Part shown: positions 8,335-18,319 of the stretch, piece after piece | Layout: each line of letters opens with the position of its first letter | Numbering within the stretch: the stretch's first letter is position 1 | Assembly: GCA_963843145.1 (NCBI GenBank) | Contig: CAWJJC010000010.1 | Span: forward strand, 32,001-96,000 | DNA length: 64,000 bases | Direction: 5' to 3' | Source of the DNA: an uncultured delta proteobacterium | GTDB taxonomy: Bacteria; Desulfobacterota; RBG-13-43-22 | Made by a program: the position numbers and the translations under genes | The notes under the pieces: model-generated | What the model saw: only the letters and a program-made list of their open reading frames with translations | The model's database searches: none | What the model was told of the DNA's origin: nothing

Positions 8335-10751
8335 TTATCTTGTTAAGTTAAGTTTGTGTTCTAATATGTTGGCAAGGTCTAAAGGACTTATCCGCTGATG
8401 TCGCAGAGGGGGTTGGTCAAACAGGTCGAAAACCTGGCCGTCCACGCCCAAGGAATCAAAAGCCCCGCATTTAATCAGGCCTTTCACCACCCATTGGTTT
8501 AGCCGGCACAGCTCATCCCGCTTACAAAAATCGATCAGAGACTTAAAGGCGTCCCCTTTGTCCCTGGCCTCCAGGATGGATTCGATAGCACCTTCCCCCA
8601 GATTTTTTACCGCTGCCAATCCAAAACGGATTTTGTCTTCCACTAGAGTAAAATCCAGTTGACTCAAGTTGACATCCGGGGGCAGTACCACGATCCCCTT
8701 CTCTTGGCATTCAGCAATACACTTGGCGACTTCTGTGGAAGTTCCCATTTTATTGGCCATGAGGGCGATCATAAAATCCAACGGGTAATGGGCCTTTAAA
8801 TAGGCGGTTTGATAGGTGATCAAGGCATAGGCGGCACTGTGGGACTTATTAAATCCATAGTGTGAGAAGGTTACCATATGACCAAAAATAGCCTCAGCCT
8901 TTTTCTGATCAATTTTTTTCTTCCTGGCCCCTTCCAGAAAACGGGTCCTTTGCCGCGCCATGACCTCCGGGATCCTCTTCACCTATATCCTTTCGCAGGG
9001 TATTGGCCTCTTCCATGGAATAATCGGCCAGGAGACTTGCGATTTGCATGAGCTGCTCCTGATAGACAATAATCCCAAAGGTCTCCTTGAGGATCCCTTT
9101 CAACAGGGGATGAAGATATTCGACCGGCACTTCTCTGCGTTTTCTTTTGATATAATTTTCCACCATGCCACTCTCTAACGGTCCAGTCCGGTACATAGCT
9201 TTGAGGGCAATGAGGTCTTCAAATTTTTCGGGCTTGCTTTTGATCAGCAGGTCTTTCATGCCGGAACTTTCCATCTGAAAGACCCCGGTAGTATCTCCCC
9301 GAGCCAGGAGATTATAGGTGAGGGGATCATCCAGGGGGATCAGCTTTAGATCGATTTTTAGACCGTGGGTCTGTTCAATGGTCTTGAGGAGATATTTGAT
9401 GATGGTCAGATTGTTGAGACTCAGAAGATCGAATTTGATCAACCCCATTTCCTGGACCGAATTCATTCCAAACTGGGTCAGGGCCTCCCCCTTGTGCTGT
9501 TTGTATAAGGGGACGCTATCGGCGATCGGATGGGGGGAAATCACCACTCCGCCAGCAAGGGGGCCATTATACATGGGTAAGCCCTCCAGGGCCTCGGAAA
9601 TTGTCAATAGTTCATGGATAGTCGGATCCGTGTCTTTGAGTTCCTTGAGCCTGGGTTCTTCCCTTAAGGCCTCGAATAAGAAGATATGATGGGAGGGAAT
9701 CAAATCGGCAATCTTATCGACTTTTTCTTGTGGGATATTTAATGCCTGGCCCACAAGCCTAATGACCCATTTTAGGGGCATTTTCTCGAAGGTGATGATC
9801 TTGGCCACATATTCCTGACCGTATTTCTCGGTGATATATTTAATGACTTCATCCCGGCGTTCCAGGCAAAAGTCGACATCGATATCCGGGAGTCCATTGC
9901 TTTCGATGCTGAGAAACCTTTCAAAAAGGAGATTGTAGCCGAGGGGATCAATATCGGTGATGCCGAGGGAATAAGCCACCAGACACCCGGCCACGGAAGC
10001 CCGGCCCGGTCCGACCGGAATCCCCTGGGCCTTGGCATAGTTGACATAATCAGCCACAACTAAAAAATAGCCGGAAAACCCCTTCGAAGCAATAAGGGTG
10101 AGTTCTCTTTCTAGCCGGTCCTGGTACTCTTTAACCCGGGAGGCCGGGAAGGCGGGGTCCAATTGGGTCTTTAAGGCCAACCGTTGTTCTAAACCGCTCT
10201 GGGCCTCTTTTTTGAGACGGCCATCGATAGTCTCTTCCGCAGCCAGGGGATAGCGAGGAATATGGAAATGGCCGAAGGTCAATTCGAGATTACAACGATC
10301 AGCGATATGGAGGGTATTTTCAATGGCCTCCGGGAGATCTGAAAAAAGGGTTATCATATCCTCCGGCGACTTGAAATACTCTTGGTCGGTGAAAAAGCGA
10401 AACCGGTTGGGATCACCTAAAGTCTTCCTGGTCTCGATGCACATCAAGACCTCATGAGACTTGGCCTCTTCCTGAGTCAAATAGTGACAGTCGTTGGTGG
10501 CCACAATGGGGAGACCCAGGTCCCGGTGAATTTCCAGCAGACCCTGATTAACCAGGTCCTGTTCCGGAATATCGTTTTTTTGGAGTTCGAGATAAAACCG
10601 GTTCTGATCGAAAATCTCAGCCATTTCCCGGGAAATATCCAATGCCCGGTCTTTATCGCCTTTGAGCAGGGCAGAAGGAATCTCCCCATAAAGGCAGCCC
10701 GAAAGGGCGATCAAGCCTTCGTGATGTTCCTGCAAAAGCTCCCGGTCGACC
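8335..10751 (-). pseudogene. dnaE: DNA polymerase III alpha-subunit paralog, N-terminus cut off by IS21, frameshift near 8980, lacking C-terminal OB/tau domains
   Basis: RVDRELL...GLIALSGCL, TNDCHY, PDIDVDF, KFDLLSL, GVFQMES, YQEQLMQ, YGFNKSHS; ends soon after GAFDSLG. Confidence 0.85.
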
Positions 10752-10920
10752 TATTATCACCGATTTAAAAACCTACCAAACCCACCGGTAGAGAAACCGG
10801 CCAGGGGATGGTGAGGGCGGTATTCAGCGCCGTGGGCTCAGCCGAAGAGCGAACCGCCGGGTTATCGGGGTCATCCGAGATCAGGAATCTACCCGATTAT
10901 TTATTTTCATAATTTAAGGC

Positions 10921-11661
10921 TCAGGATTTAATTTTTCTTCGATAGCTGGACCCTCCTAAGATAAGGACCTCCGAGTTACAAACGAGACGGTCGGCTATCG
11001 CCGTGGCGGCCGTGGTGGAATCGAAGATATTTCCCCAGTCAGCAAACGGAAGGTTCGTAGTCAGCGCAGTGGACTTGACCTCATGCCTTTGGCTGATGAC
11101 CTGGAAGAACAGGTTCGACCCTTGGGGGCCCAGCGGTAGATACCCGATCTCGTCGATGGCCAGGAGGTCCGGGGTTTGATACTCATGGAGCTTGCGGACC
11201 AAGGAATGATCGGCCTCGGCGGCGGTGAGTTGATTGATCATATCCATGGCCGTGGTGAAACGGCATTTGATGTTGGCATTACAGGCGGCAAAGACCAGGG
11301 CCTTGGCCAGGAAGGTTTTACCGGTGCCGGGATTGCCGATGAAAAGGACATCCCGGCGTTGGGCGATGAAGTCCAGGGAGAAGAGGTTGAGGATCTGGGT
11401 TTTCTGGTCCAGCCGGGATTTATGATGATGGAAGTCGAACTGGTCCAGGGTGGGTTTATCGACCAGGCGGGACTGACGATAACGTGAGGTGATGGCCGTC
11501 TGCCGGCGGGCTTCCAGTTCGTGGTCGGCCAAGCGGTGGAGGGGGTCCACCCCGTTGAGATTTTTCTGAGCGGCCTGGTCCAGGACCAGGTCCAGGTGTT
11601 GGGCCATGGTTTTCAGCCGGAGCCGGATCAGTTTTTCCTTGAGGTCTTCCAGGTCGGGCAT
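10921..11661 (-). CDS. istB: IS21 helper ATPase IstB
   Basis: GNPGTGKT, LLAIDEIGY, LFFQVISQR, TTNLPF..W, AIADRL. Confidence 0.95.
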   Translation of the reverse strand: MPDLEDLKEKLIRLRLKTMAQHLDLVLDQAAQKNLNGVDPLHRLADHELEARRQTAITSRYRQSRLVDKPTLDQFDFHHHKSRLDQKTQILNLFSLDFIAQRRDVLFIGNPGTGKTFLAKALVFAACNANIKCRFTTAMDMINQLTAAEADHSLVRKLHEYQTPDLLAIDEIGYLPLGPQGSNLFFQVISQRHEVKSTALTTNLPFADWGNIFDSTTAATAIADRLVCNSEVLILGGSSYRRKIKS

Positions 11662-11663
11662 GG

Positions 11664-13132
11664 TTACTCCTTGCGCTTCAAGATATAGGCGTCATACTCG
11701 GCCAGGAGGGGCTCCTCCAGACGGATGCGGTTTAAGTCCTCCCTTTTCAGGTGCACCGGGGGATGGATTTTTTTAGGGTGCTTTTCCTGGTGGAGGATAT
11801 TTTGCACATAAGCAGCGCCATAGGCGTTATGGGCGTTGGCCCGCGAAAGTGCCTGGATTAAATCGGCGGTCCCGTATTGATCGTGGAGGGCCAGGAGTTT
11901 AGCCAGATTTTTTTTGATCGGCTGTCCGGTCCGGTTCAGGCCCTCCAGGAAGGCCTGGGCTTCCTCACCGAAGGAGATGAAACGGGAGACCTCCACGGCC
12001 AGCCATTCCTGGGGTCGGCGTTTCCAGGCCGCCTCGCGGTGGGCCGGGAGCTCGATCCGTTGTTTCTTCTCCCAGCAGCGGGTATGGGTGGCCAGGACCT
12101 TTTCCCGGAGATAGACGGTGACGGTGTGGGTATCGGCCTTGACGATGACCGGTTTGCCGACGGCCCAGGGAGGAACCGAGTAGCTGTTGCCGTCGAAGCG
12201 GAAGGCGAAGTCGGCCTGGACCTTGACCGAGAGGGTTTCCCGGCAGTCGGGCAAGAAGTCCGGTAAGGGTTGCAGGGCCTCGGGCTTGAAGCGATCCTTC
12301 GGGGCCGTTCGCCGGTGGTGTTGTGGATGCGGCTATTGGCCTGGGTGTCCAGCCAGTGCCGGAACTGCTGATTGACATCCGTAAGATCGGTAAAGGACCG
12401 CAGGGGCCAGAAGTTGTGGCGGATGTAGTGGATGCCCCCTTTTTCGATCTTGCCTTTTTCCTGGGGCTGATAAGGATGGCAGGCCCGGGGCACGATCCGG
12501 AAGGGTCTGAGAAACTCCAGGAAGGCCTCGTTAAAGCGGATGAGGGACCCCTCCCGTTCGGTGACGGCGGTGCCCATGTTGTCGACTACCAGTTCCGAAC
12601 AGACGCCTCCAAAGAAGAGAAAGGCGTTCAACAGGGCCTGCTGGAGGGCCTCCTGCTTCTGGGAGTGGGTGAACTCCCCGTAAAGCAGCCGGCTATGCGC
12701 TTCAATAATCGCCAAGCAGTAAAGCTTCCGGGTAGTCTTCCCGTAGAGCAGGGAGCCGAAGTGGCCCCAGTCCACTTGAAACTGTTTTCCCGGAGCCGAT
12801 TCGAAGCGGATATAGGCCCGTTTTTCTTTCGGCCGGATCTCGTGCAGGTAATCCCGGAGGATGGAGGTCTTCCCGGTATAGCCCTGGGGGATCAACCGTT
12901 GGAATAAAACCGTACTGCTGACCGTGGGGTCCTTTTCCAGCAACCGCCGGATCTCCTCCCGGAAGGGGTCCAGCTTGCTGGCCCGGACGATCACCGGCTT
13001 GGGCGGGTTGGGCTGATCCAGGTATCTTTTGACGCTGTCCCGGCTGAGCTTCAGGGTCCGGGCGATTTTGCGGATCCCATAGCCTTCATGGAACAACCGA
13101 TGGATCTCGAAGACGGTGCGGCGGTCGATCAT
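11664..13132 (-). CDS. istA: IS21 transposase IstA (frameshift near 12300)
   Basis: N-terminal HTH, RFESAPGKQFQVDWG, DNM, KGKIE; C-terminal FDGNSYSVP lies in ORF 11664..12254. Confidence 0.92.
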
Positions 13133-13440
13133 GCGGGCCTCCTTTCCGGCAAGGACAAGACCTGGAACAGGGGCTCCTGAAAGGCCACCAGGTCCCGGGT
13201 GATCAAGCCATTGAGGGCCCGCCGGTATTGTTCCGGACTCAGTTGCAACCGGGAGCCAATGGTCTCCGGGCGGTAATACGAAAGTCCCTGCTCATCGGCG
13301 GCCAGGACCAGGAAAAAATAGAGCAGCAGTTCCTCCGGACTCAGGTACTTAATCCAACCCCGGAAGCGATGTTCGATAAAGGCGAAGCTGCCGTCGATTT
13401 TTCGTATCCGGCGGGGGTTCAAGAGTTTTTTCTGGATCAT
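13129..13440 (-). CDS. Small HTH-like protein overlapping the istA start
   Basis: RIRKIDGSFAFIEHRF...LLYFFLVLAADEQGLSYY; its stop overlaps the istA ATG (ATGA). Confidence 0.75.
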   Translation of the reverse strand: MIQKKLLNPRRIRKIDGSFAFIEHRFRGWIKYLSPEELLLYFFLVLAADEQGLSYYRPETIGSRLQLSPEQYRRALNGLITRDLVAFQEPLFQVLSLPERRPA

Positions 13441-13489
13441 GGGCGCCTCCCGATGTTTTGGAGGCATCGATTAAAAGAACTCGCATCAT

Positions 13490-13953
13490 TTAAAGTCTAT
13501 CGAGTCCTCTTTTGCAATATGGACCCCGTGGTGCCAACTGGCTGGAATAATGAAGATTTTTTGGCGCTAACGCATCCATCTTTGCAAGGGCGGGAGCAAT
13601 AAAATAAGTTCCTGAGCTTATAAAAGAAAGAGGCTTGAACGCGTCCATCTTTGCAAGATTCGTTAACCGGCGTTTTCGGTCCGGACTTTTCTGTTTCGGC
13701 CGTTGTTGCGTTTGCACATAGGACGGGGTGTCGGTGACCGATAGTTCTTCCAATAGTCGGGATGGTGTTTCAGCCAGTTCTTTTGGGCATCCCGATGGTC
13801 GGCCTGGTAGTCTGGATCTTGGCGAACTTTTCCCGTTGCCAGAGGGTTTTCCGGGCTCTGCTGGCATTCCGGTCGGTTACAATACTGCTGGTTCTTTATC
13901 CGGGGATTCGGAAGAAAAAAAGATTGGCAATGCCGACATTGATTCCGGTCCAT
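13490..13953 (-). CDS. IS21-associated hypothetical protein with CxxC...CxxxxC motif (frameshifted)
   Basis: CRHCQSFFLPNPRIKNQQYCNRPECQ; WLKHHPDYWKNYR; LAKMDA occurs twice. Confidence 0.6.
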
Positions 13954-14137
13954 GGCTTCCCTCCCGGGGAAACCATAAATCGGACATCGATTCTCTGAAA
14001 CGGAAGAAAATTAAAAAAATGGAGGATGGTCGGAGAAGAAAAAGGAAGAAAATAGATCCCTGGCCGGGTTCTACTCCGGTGGCCCTGGACTACTTCTTAA
14101 CCGAAGTAAATGGTAGGCTTACTGACTGGTGATGATA

Positions 14138-14821
14138 CCCTTAAGGATTTTGGCTTGAATCCAAAAAACCTGGGAGCGGAAATCGGCCTGACCATGGTCT
14201 TGCATACGAACAGCCGAAAACTGGACTTCCATCCGCATGTTCATGCGGTGATACCCGGCGAAGGTGTCGATAAAAAAAGGCGCCAGTGGAAAAAGAAAAA
14301 AAGCCAGTATCTGTTTAACGTTAAGGCCGATGGCTAAAGTTTTTCGGGCCAGGTTCCTGGCCGCTTTGAATGAGGCCAGGCTTTCCATCCCCGGAAGCGT
14401 TTCCGGAGAATGGGTCGTTGACTGCTCTCATGTGGGAAAGGGGATCAGCGCCCTGAAATATTTATCCCGATATCTATACCGCGGGGTTATCAGTGAAAAA
14501 AATATCATCTCAAATCAGAATGGCCAAATCACCTTTCGATATATTCAAAGTAAAACCGGTAAAACTCAATACCGCACCCTTAAAGGAGAAGATTCTTTGT
14601 TTCTCATCCTGCAGCATGTCCTGCCCAAGGGATTTCGGCGGGTCAGGGACTATGGGTTTCTCCATAGCAACGCCAAGAAACTGCTGATGGTTGTCCAATT
14701 GATTTTGCGGGTTTTTCTTGAAGTTGTCAAAGAGCGGCCAAGACCTGTTTTTAAGTGTTCCTGCTGTTAAACCCCACTGATAATTCTTGGTTTTCGTTAT
14801 CCTGCATTGGAATCAGGGTAA
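14138..14821 (+). pseudogene. IS91-family (HUH) transposase, 5'-truncated by IS21, frameshifted
   Basis: VLHTNSRKLDFHPHVH (HUH), YLSRYLYR (catalytic Tyr), QHVLPKGFRRVRDYGFL. Confidence 0.9.
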
Positions 14822-15014
14822 CTGACCTTTGTGGCTAAGGCTGGCATAACCTTTCATCATGAGGTTTCAAAACTATACGAAATAATTCAGTTTTTTATTA
14901 AGCATGTTAAATGCTAAGGTACCTCTACGTCCTGAAAAAGGCGCATCGCGTTAAAGCTTCTCTTAAAACTCCTTCTCAAAAAAGATATTTTCTTTATATA
15001 AAGTAATCGGGCTC

Positions 15015-15079
15015 GTTCAACCAAACGGCATAATATTGTGGTTCGCTTCGCTCTCACAATCTATCCTTATTCGTTGGGC
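15015..15079. other. attC-like site at the IS91 3' end
   Basis: GTTCAAC (RYYYAAC)...ATTGTG/CACAAT stem...GTTGGGC (GTTRRRY), 65 bp; spacer lengths and unpaired base favour + orientation. Confidence 0.6.
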
Positions 15080-15282
15080 AATGATCTAAGAGAGTTTAGT
15101 CACCTATGGAGCAATAATGTCCGGGTTAGGGTTTTGCATAAACGGTTAAGAAGTTTTGGTCATCGTAGTTGTTTGGTTTTGGTGAAAAATAATTTCCCTC
15201 CAGGTCGAAGATGTTACTTGACAAATCAGGTATTTAGCGGGCCGATTTTCCGTAACCATCTGATATTACGGAGGATCTATTC

Positions 15283-15392
15283 ATGCCCTACACGTGGATA
15301 CCTGGGAGACCAAAGAAAAAACACAAGGCCCACGACAACCTTATGACACCTGTCAACCACCTATTGCCCGATATCACTCCTTTGCTCTCGGG
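15283..15392 (+). pseudogene. Probable N-terminal fragment of an IS4-like transposase interrupting the cassette
   Basis: MPYTWIPGRPKKKHK...LLPDITPLLSG with GGAGG RBS and upstream TTGACA; recalled resemblance only. Confidence 0.3.
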
Positions 15393-15858
15393 ATGCAACT
15401 GTCCTAGTAGGCCCAACCTTCCAAATAGATCATTTATGACCTTTCGATCTAAAACATATGTCTTCAACTCGAATGCTGCAACGAATTTATAATTGTCGTC
15501 CCCTGAGACTGATATGACTGCGATATCCGTCCTTTGATGAATGCCGCCAAAAAACTTTTCTATATCTATATCGTGTGTGGGAATGAACTTCTGAGAACGG
15601 AAGCGGCGTGTATCTTTTGTATTCTCTTCATCATCGAAAGTTATCCCTGTCCGGCGTTCTATGCTTTTCAAAATGTATCGAAAGAAAATATATTCCGATA
15701 AGCCGGTAAAACCGGAGGAAATACCCATTCGTTTCTTTAAGCTCTTTCCACCAATCCCAATACATTTGAATAAGTGCTTTTTCCGCAGCATCGTCCTCAA
15801 GGCATTTTTCGATATGCTGATCTAAAAGATCAAAAACCTCGATCTCGATGCCCTTCAT
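15393..15858 (-). pseudogene. Integron cassette gene, possible PD-(D/E)xK nuclease, frameshifted and 3'-disrupted
   Basis: Starts just after the attC at 15875; ORFs 15631..15858 and 15288..15800 join; TDIAVISV...FELKTY. Confidence 0.5.
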
Positions 15859-15874
15859 AAAACCCCTTCGCAGT

Positions 15875-15936
15875 TATCAACGCCATGGCTGACTTGCCGC
15901 CGCTTTTTGGCGGTCAAGTCCAGCCGCTTGTTAGGC
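15875..15936 (-). other. Integron attC site
   Basis: Minus strand GCCTAAC-AAGCG-GCTGGACT...AGTCAGC-CATGGC-GTTGATA; canonical R''/L''/L'/R' with two extrahelical bases; upstream gene's TAA lies in R''. Confidence 0.9.
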
Positions 15937-16792
15937 GGCGTTCTCCGCGATCAAACGTTTCGCCCAGTCCACCGCTTCTGGGTAATCGTGCGTATCAAGA
16001 ACGAACTCCTGTCCACGCGCCACACTCTGAAGATACACATAATTCTGATCGAGTTGCCACTGCAGGGGTTGGAGTGATAGCTTAGCCCTGATCCCCTTTC
16101 CGAAGGGTGAAACCACTTTGGTAGCCTCCAAAAACTGCGATTCGACGCTGGAGCTGTCAAAACCAACTGGTCAGCAACGGACGGAAGGTCCCCGCAGCAT
16201 AAGCTGTGTCGGTTCCAGCTGCGACATAGATTGTGTTGGTAGACCCGTAGTTTGCGGCAACGTGAGGATGCATGCTCGCCCAATCGGGGACACTGTATGA
16301 ATCTTTCCCCAACCGCCACATATCACCGACCTCAAGCCAGCCAAAGAAAATGTGGAGATCTGGAGCAGCGGGCCTGAAGCGAAACCGACCACTATGTTGT
16401 TCGACCTCCCGGAACCAGCCGAAGAACAGAAAGATCTCGCCTGATCCAACACCGTGCTTGTCGAGATGCCGCTGGGCTGCATCCGCCTGCCCGAAAAGCG
16501 GTCGCCATCCTGGTTTGCGCGGAAGCGAGTCCATTCTGAGATCCGGATCAAGATGAACAGGATCACTCGCCTTCACGGGGCGGCTACGCCGGACAGTCAG
16601 GTCTTCCACGATCGCACCGATCCGTTGATCCCCGCCAATGTCCGAAAAGTTAACGCGTGCGTGGTCTGGTGGCGGTGGCGAAACAAACCCATGTGGTATC
16701 GGCAAGGACACAAAAGAGCCGTCCTCGAAGATAGGGCTTGCGCACCCACCGAACGAGGAGTCAAATCCCTTTCGACTCAGGATTAGCTTCAT
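15931..16792 (-). CDS. Cassette gene: nucleotide modification-associated domain 3 (Nmad3)-like protein (frameshifted)
   Basis: MKLILSRKGFDSSFGGCASPI...SLPIP, HLDPDL, LFGQ, FLFFGWFR, HPH; C-terminus (LSYH, RGQEFVL) lies in adjacent frames. Confidence 0.8.
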
Positions 16793-16803
16793 TGATAGGA
16801 TCC

Positions 16804-16868
16804 GTGTAACGCCGGGTATCAGCGGGAGCCCGCACTATGAGTGATCCACTGCATGCCCGGTGTTAGGT
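16804..16868 (-). other. Integron attC site
   Basis: Minus strand ACCTAAC-ACCGGG-CATGCAGT...GCTGATA-CCCGGC-GTTACAC, 65-bp imperfect palindrome. Confidence 0.8.
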
Positions 16869-16975
16869 GTCGCATTGTTTCTTTCGTTGTAAAGCATATA
16901 ACGCTTCAAAGTACCCGGACGATTTTGCATAATTGAAGATTCAAGGCCATACCGCTCCGATATCCTTTTCAACAA

Positions 16976-17143
16976 TTACTCAAATTGAGTTCGGAAGATA
17001 TAATGTTGACTTTCGAGGTAAAAGCCAATATCGTGGGTCTCCCTGTTTAACCCAGTTGTCGCTAAGGCTTCCTCCTCTGGTGCCCACTGAGATTTACAGA
17101 TGACATTTTCATATTGAGCCTCCGCTATAGGATCTGTAAACAT
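16976..17143 (-). CDS. Small hypothetical protein (55 aa)
   Basis: GGAGG RBS ahead of ATG; MFTDPIAEAQYENVICK...; no recognisable motif. Confidence 0.35.
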   Translation of the reverse strand: MFTDPIAEAQYENVICKSQWAPEEEALATTGLNRETHDIGFYLESQHYIFRTQFE

Positions 17144-17278
17144 ATTTATTCCTCCATAACTCCCACAGTTGAAGGTTGCCAACAAGAAAACTTGATTATT
17201 TTACCTTATTCTTCCTATATTTTAATTGCCAAAAAGTCAATAAATTTCAAATCCCTTTCATTCCACTATATCTCCAGC

Positions 17279-18208
17279 CTATTTTTTGTGCCTTTTTAAT
17301 GCCGTTTCTAAATCCTTCTGCAAGGTCGATTTCAACTCCTTTGGTGAAACCACTTCCACATTAGGCAACCAACTATAAATCCAGTGAGTTATCCCCTCCA
17401 GACCGTTTACCCTGAATCGGAGTTCCAGTCGTCCATCTTTAAGATCTCGTTCCTTTTGGCTCCCGTGCCACTTTTTCCTTTGGATATAAGGTTTGCATCC
17501 CTTGTCAAATCTTAAAACCACTTCGACTGGTTCTCCGTCCACTACCGTTCCAAAAGCCCCCGAGAGTTCTTCCTCCGGGGCAATATCCCTGGGGACGAAA
17601 TGTTCCTCCAAAAGCTTTAGAGAGATAATCCGGTCCAAGGCAAAAGTCCTGACTTCCTCTCTGAGATGGCAATATCCTCGAAAGTACCAAAATTCCTCAT
17701 CGAAGAAAAGATAGTAGGGATCAACTTTTCTGGTATTTTTTTGATCGGAGGAAAGTGTCCGATAAATCATTTTGAGTTTCTGAAAATTCATGATGGCCTT
17801 ATGAATAAGACTGATGTGGCCGGTCACCTCCTTCGGAAGCTCTTTTCCTGAAAGGACAATGTGCCGGGGAATATCCGTTTTTTTGACCGTAAGCTTCTCT
17901 TCAATCCGCTTTAAACTATCCTCCCAGCCACTCCCCATCCTGCCCATCATTTTCCTGGAAATACCCAGGGCCAGGGTCTCTTCCATCGAAAGATTCGGTT
18001 TTTTTAAACCGTAGCCCTCCGTAAAGCCATAACCCCCTTTCTCTTTATCCAAGACAATCGGAAATCCGGCCACCTGAAGGGTGTTAAGATAACGGAAGAC
18101 GGTCCTCTCACTAACTCCAAGGTCTTCTTTCAAAGACTCAACGGTAACCTTTTCCTGGCTGTCGAGTTTATTCAGGATCATCATCAGAGAATCGAATTTA
18201 TAGGACAT
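17279..18208 (-). CDS. HTH-WYL-WCX transcriptional regulator (YafY/PafC-like)
   Basis: LGVSERTVFRYL HTH; RKVDPYYL...WYFRGYCHLREEVRTFALDRI; WCX-type C-terminus VEVVSPKEL. Confidence 0.93.
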   Translation of the reverse strand: MSYKFDSLMMILNKLDSQEKVTVESLKEDLGVSERTVFRYLNTLQVAGFPIVLDKEKGGYGFTEGYGLKKPNLSMEETLALGISRKMMGRMGSGWEDSLKRIEEKLTVKKTDIPRHIVLSGKELPKEVTGHISLIHKAIMNFQKLKMIYRTLSSDQKNTRKVDPYYLFFDEEFWYFRGYCHLREEVRTFALDRIISLKLLEEHFVPRDIAPEEELSGAFGTVVDGEPVEVVLRFDKGCKPYIQRKKWHGSQKERDLKDGRLELRFRVNGLEGITHWIYSWLPNVEVVSPKELKSTLQKDLETALKRHKK

Positions 18209-18319
18209 CTTTCCACCTCTTATTAATGATCTCAAGAAAGAATCAACATCGAATCACTGAATTCCGGGTCAAGCCCGGAATGACTAAAAATGGTTTATCA
18301 ACTTTTTGCTATTCCGTAA

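Larger units (their letters stand above)
10752..14137 (-). mobile_element. IS21-family element carrying two extra upstream ORFs
   Basis: istA/istB; imperfect 27-bp terminal inverted repeats TATTATCACCGATTTAAAAACCTACCA / TATCATCACCAGTCAGTAAGCCTACCA (19/27); shared subterminal CCACCGG..AGAA.CCGGCCAGGG; no target duplication. Confidence 0.85.

Noticed and set aside
8335-10751. imuABC/dnaE2 mutasome cassette
   Set aside because: No imuA or imuB nearby, and the motifs resemble DnaE1 (YGFNKSHS) more than DnaE2.
12280-12320. Programmed frameshift in istA
   Set aside because: No slippery heptamer is evident and indels are common throughout the window.
13565-13660. Direct repeat AACGC.TCCATCTTTGCAAG twice
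   Set aside because: Explained by the repeated LAKMDA peptide in the IS21 passenger ORF.
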